NCBI RefSeq assembly: GCF_963921235.1
Contig: NC_086108.1
Span: 30,072,001 to 30,136,000, forward strand
Origin: Mobula hypostoma
Taxonomy: Eukaryota
DNA: 64,000 bases
Direction: 5' to 3'
The notes under the pieces are model-generated. The model ran no database searches and was not told the origin of the DNA. It saw nothing but the letters and a program-made list of their open reading frames with translations. Each line of letters starts with the position of its first letter. The stretch's first letter is position 1. Below are positions 61,956-64,000 of the stretch, piece after piece. The position numbers and the translations under genes are program-made.

Positions 61956-63425
61956 TTAATCGCTCATTACAAGGGTACTTTTAACCTCCTTAACTGCTTC
62001 TCTAAGGAGAACTGAACTGAGACTAGCCAGGATCTCAGACAACGTTGCCAGACTTATGGAGACCTCATGAAGGACTGACCTTGGTTCACAATGTGGATTG
62101 GGGTGCAGTCCAGCATTTACTTGTTTACTCCTGCTGGGTGTTGCTACAAGAGGGCTACCGACCTCTGCCCCTGCATTAGCCGTCGTCGGCTCCCCCGTCT
62201 CAGTTCGAGAAGGAGTCATATTTTTGGAAGATATGCACTCTAGGCTAGGGTCAAGACTCTCTACACCCTGTTCTGACTTATCTTCTACCACTATCACACC
62301 ATTCCCTGAATCCTCAGAATCTGATTCATGCCCCAGGGGTGAGCTGGCCTGAGTTACTGGAGATTGCAGTCTCCTTCGGGTAGCTGGAGTGGGATGGTTC
62401 TCACAGGGCCTGATGTCGACCCTGTTCACCCTCTTGCTAGGCCCACCCTCCCAAGGTTCCACTGAGTATGTGTTGGCCAGTACCTCTACCAGCCTGTAGA
62501 CAGTTGAGTTCCAAGCATCCTGGATCTTATTACAGCCTAATGGTCTGTTCCTCAAGTAAACCAGCACATCCACATCAACACTGGGACAGTGAACTTTGTC
62601 CTCCTGCCAGGCACTGTGTTCTGCCGCCTTCTGTTCAGAGTATTCTTTTGCTCTGGCATGCGCATCCCTCAGCTGGCTCTGGTGTGCAGCTAGCCAGTCA
62701 TGTTTCTGGTCCACAGTCTGTTCGTGCCCCAGCAGAGCATCCACGGGCAAGTGGGGATCCACCCCAAACAACAGACAGTAAGGGGAATGCCCGGTGGTTG
62801 TGTGAGGTGTCACATTATATGCATACACCAACTCGGGTAGATGTTCTGGCCGTCTGCGCTTCTTTCCTGGAGGCAACGTACGCAACAAATCATGCATCGT
62901 CCTGTTGAAACGCTCGCACTGCGTGTTTCCAGTAGGATGATGAGGTGTGGTACGGCTTTTCTTTACCACGTATAGTTTGCAAATCTCAGCTATGACTTCA
63001 CTTTTGAAGTTACGGCCCCGGTCAGAATGCAATCTCTTAGGAACACCATACTTCATGAACCATTCCCTCAAGAGCACCCTTGCTGTGGTATCCGCCTTTT
63101 GATCCCGAGTCAGAAATGCTTAGGTGAATTTAGTGAAAACATCCGTGACCACTAAGACATTCTCTTGCTGGCTCCAACACAGTGAAATCTACCGCTACAA
63201 CTTCAAGCGGCCTAGAAGCCAGAAATGACTTCATGGGGAGTGGGGGGTGGGGGTGGATCCTAGGTTGAGGCATCTTAGTTAGTACACACTGTGGACAATT
63301 TTTGATCCACTGTGCCATATCCTCGTGTATACCCACCCAAAAACATCAGCTTCTCAACAACGTCAGAGTACGTTCTATGCCTTGATAGCCTATGGAGTCA
63401 TGTATATAATCTAACAGTTTGCTCC
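61956..63425 (-). mobile_element. Gypsy/Metaviridae pol 3' end: integrase
   Basis: Zn-finger remnant (IHDSIGYQGIERT..CPQC) and catalytic D-D-E motifs (VAVDF, HSDRGRNF, CERFNRT). LVYAYNVTPHTTTGHSPY and KIQDAW are present. The 373-aa frame spans 61956-63077, and the upstream part is disrupted. Confidence 0.93.
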
Positions 63426-63771
63426 TCAAGCTGATAGCAGACATCCCACCCTGCAAAAACTCACTTCAGGGAGGTAGCACCACCATTTCAGGGAGGTAGC
63501 ACCCCCGCCCCCCACAACCCCATATCCCTCCCCCCCTCCCCAGTCGACCCCCAAGGGTGTATGTAATACTTTGTTTAGTGATTTTGTCTAATTTGTAAAC
63601 CAAGTTGGATATATGCAGAAAATGTGACATTAAAATATGTACTTATATTATATTATATTATATTATCATGTTTATTCCATTACTACTTTAAGCAAGTCTA
63701 CAGGAAGTTTGGCCTCAACACGTAGGACATCAATAGTGTAGCTCCTTGGCAGCTAGCCAACTAGTTTAAAT

Positions 63772-64000
63772 CAGGGGTCCCCAACCTGTTTTGCACCGCG
63801 GACCAATTTAATATTGACAAAATTTTTGCGGACCGGCCGACCCCGGGGCGAGGTGGGGGGGCCGGTGTGGGTGGGTGTTAAACGTGACCGGAATATAGGT
63901 GATAAGTCAAGTATAAGTCACTTGTAAGTGGCTAATACACTCAATTTTGTTTCTAAAGGGGTTTATCTAACGAATTTAATATTAAACACATCAGGCATAT
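63772..64000. mobile_element. hAT (Charlie-like) terminus, runs off the window
   Basis: CAGGGGTCCCCAACC TIR. 63900-64000 is the reverse complement of sequence resembling 53655-53780 in the hAT at 52844. Confidence 0.8.

Overview
Non-coding, repeat-saturated vertebrate DNA. The mix of CR1, Rex1/Babar, Penelope, V-SINE/HE1-like and Deu-SINE repeats suggests a cartilaginous fish, probably a ray (inference). I found no intact host gene. Most ORFs in the track are broken retroelement or transposase frames, or their antisense shadows. The unexpected signal is in the first ~10.8 kb: a decayed, same-strand tandem array of at least seven histone H3 (H3.2-type) segments. It carries four histone 3' stem-loop/HDE remnants (one perfect) and homologous spacers. 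The copies share inactivating lesions, and two show a C-terminal-to-N-terminal permutation. Later LTR, CR1, Penelope and Rex1 insertions split the array. The rest is nested transposons, several with readable target-site duplications (TSDs): a 7.7-kb hAT with multi-level nesting, Penelope insertions with 14-bp TSDs and inverted arms, Tc1, Chapaev3, two solo LTRs and a Gypsy integrase with its LTR. Repeat boundaries without TSDs are approximate. Family names come from motif recognition, not database searches.
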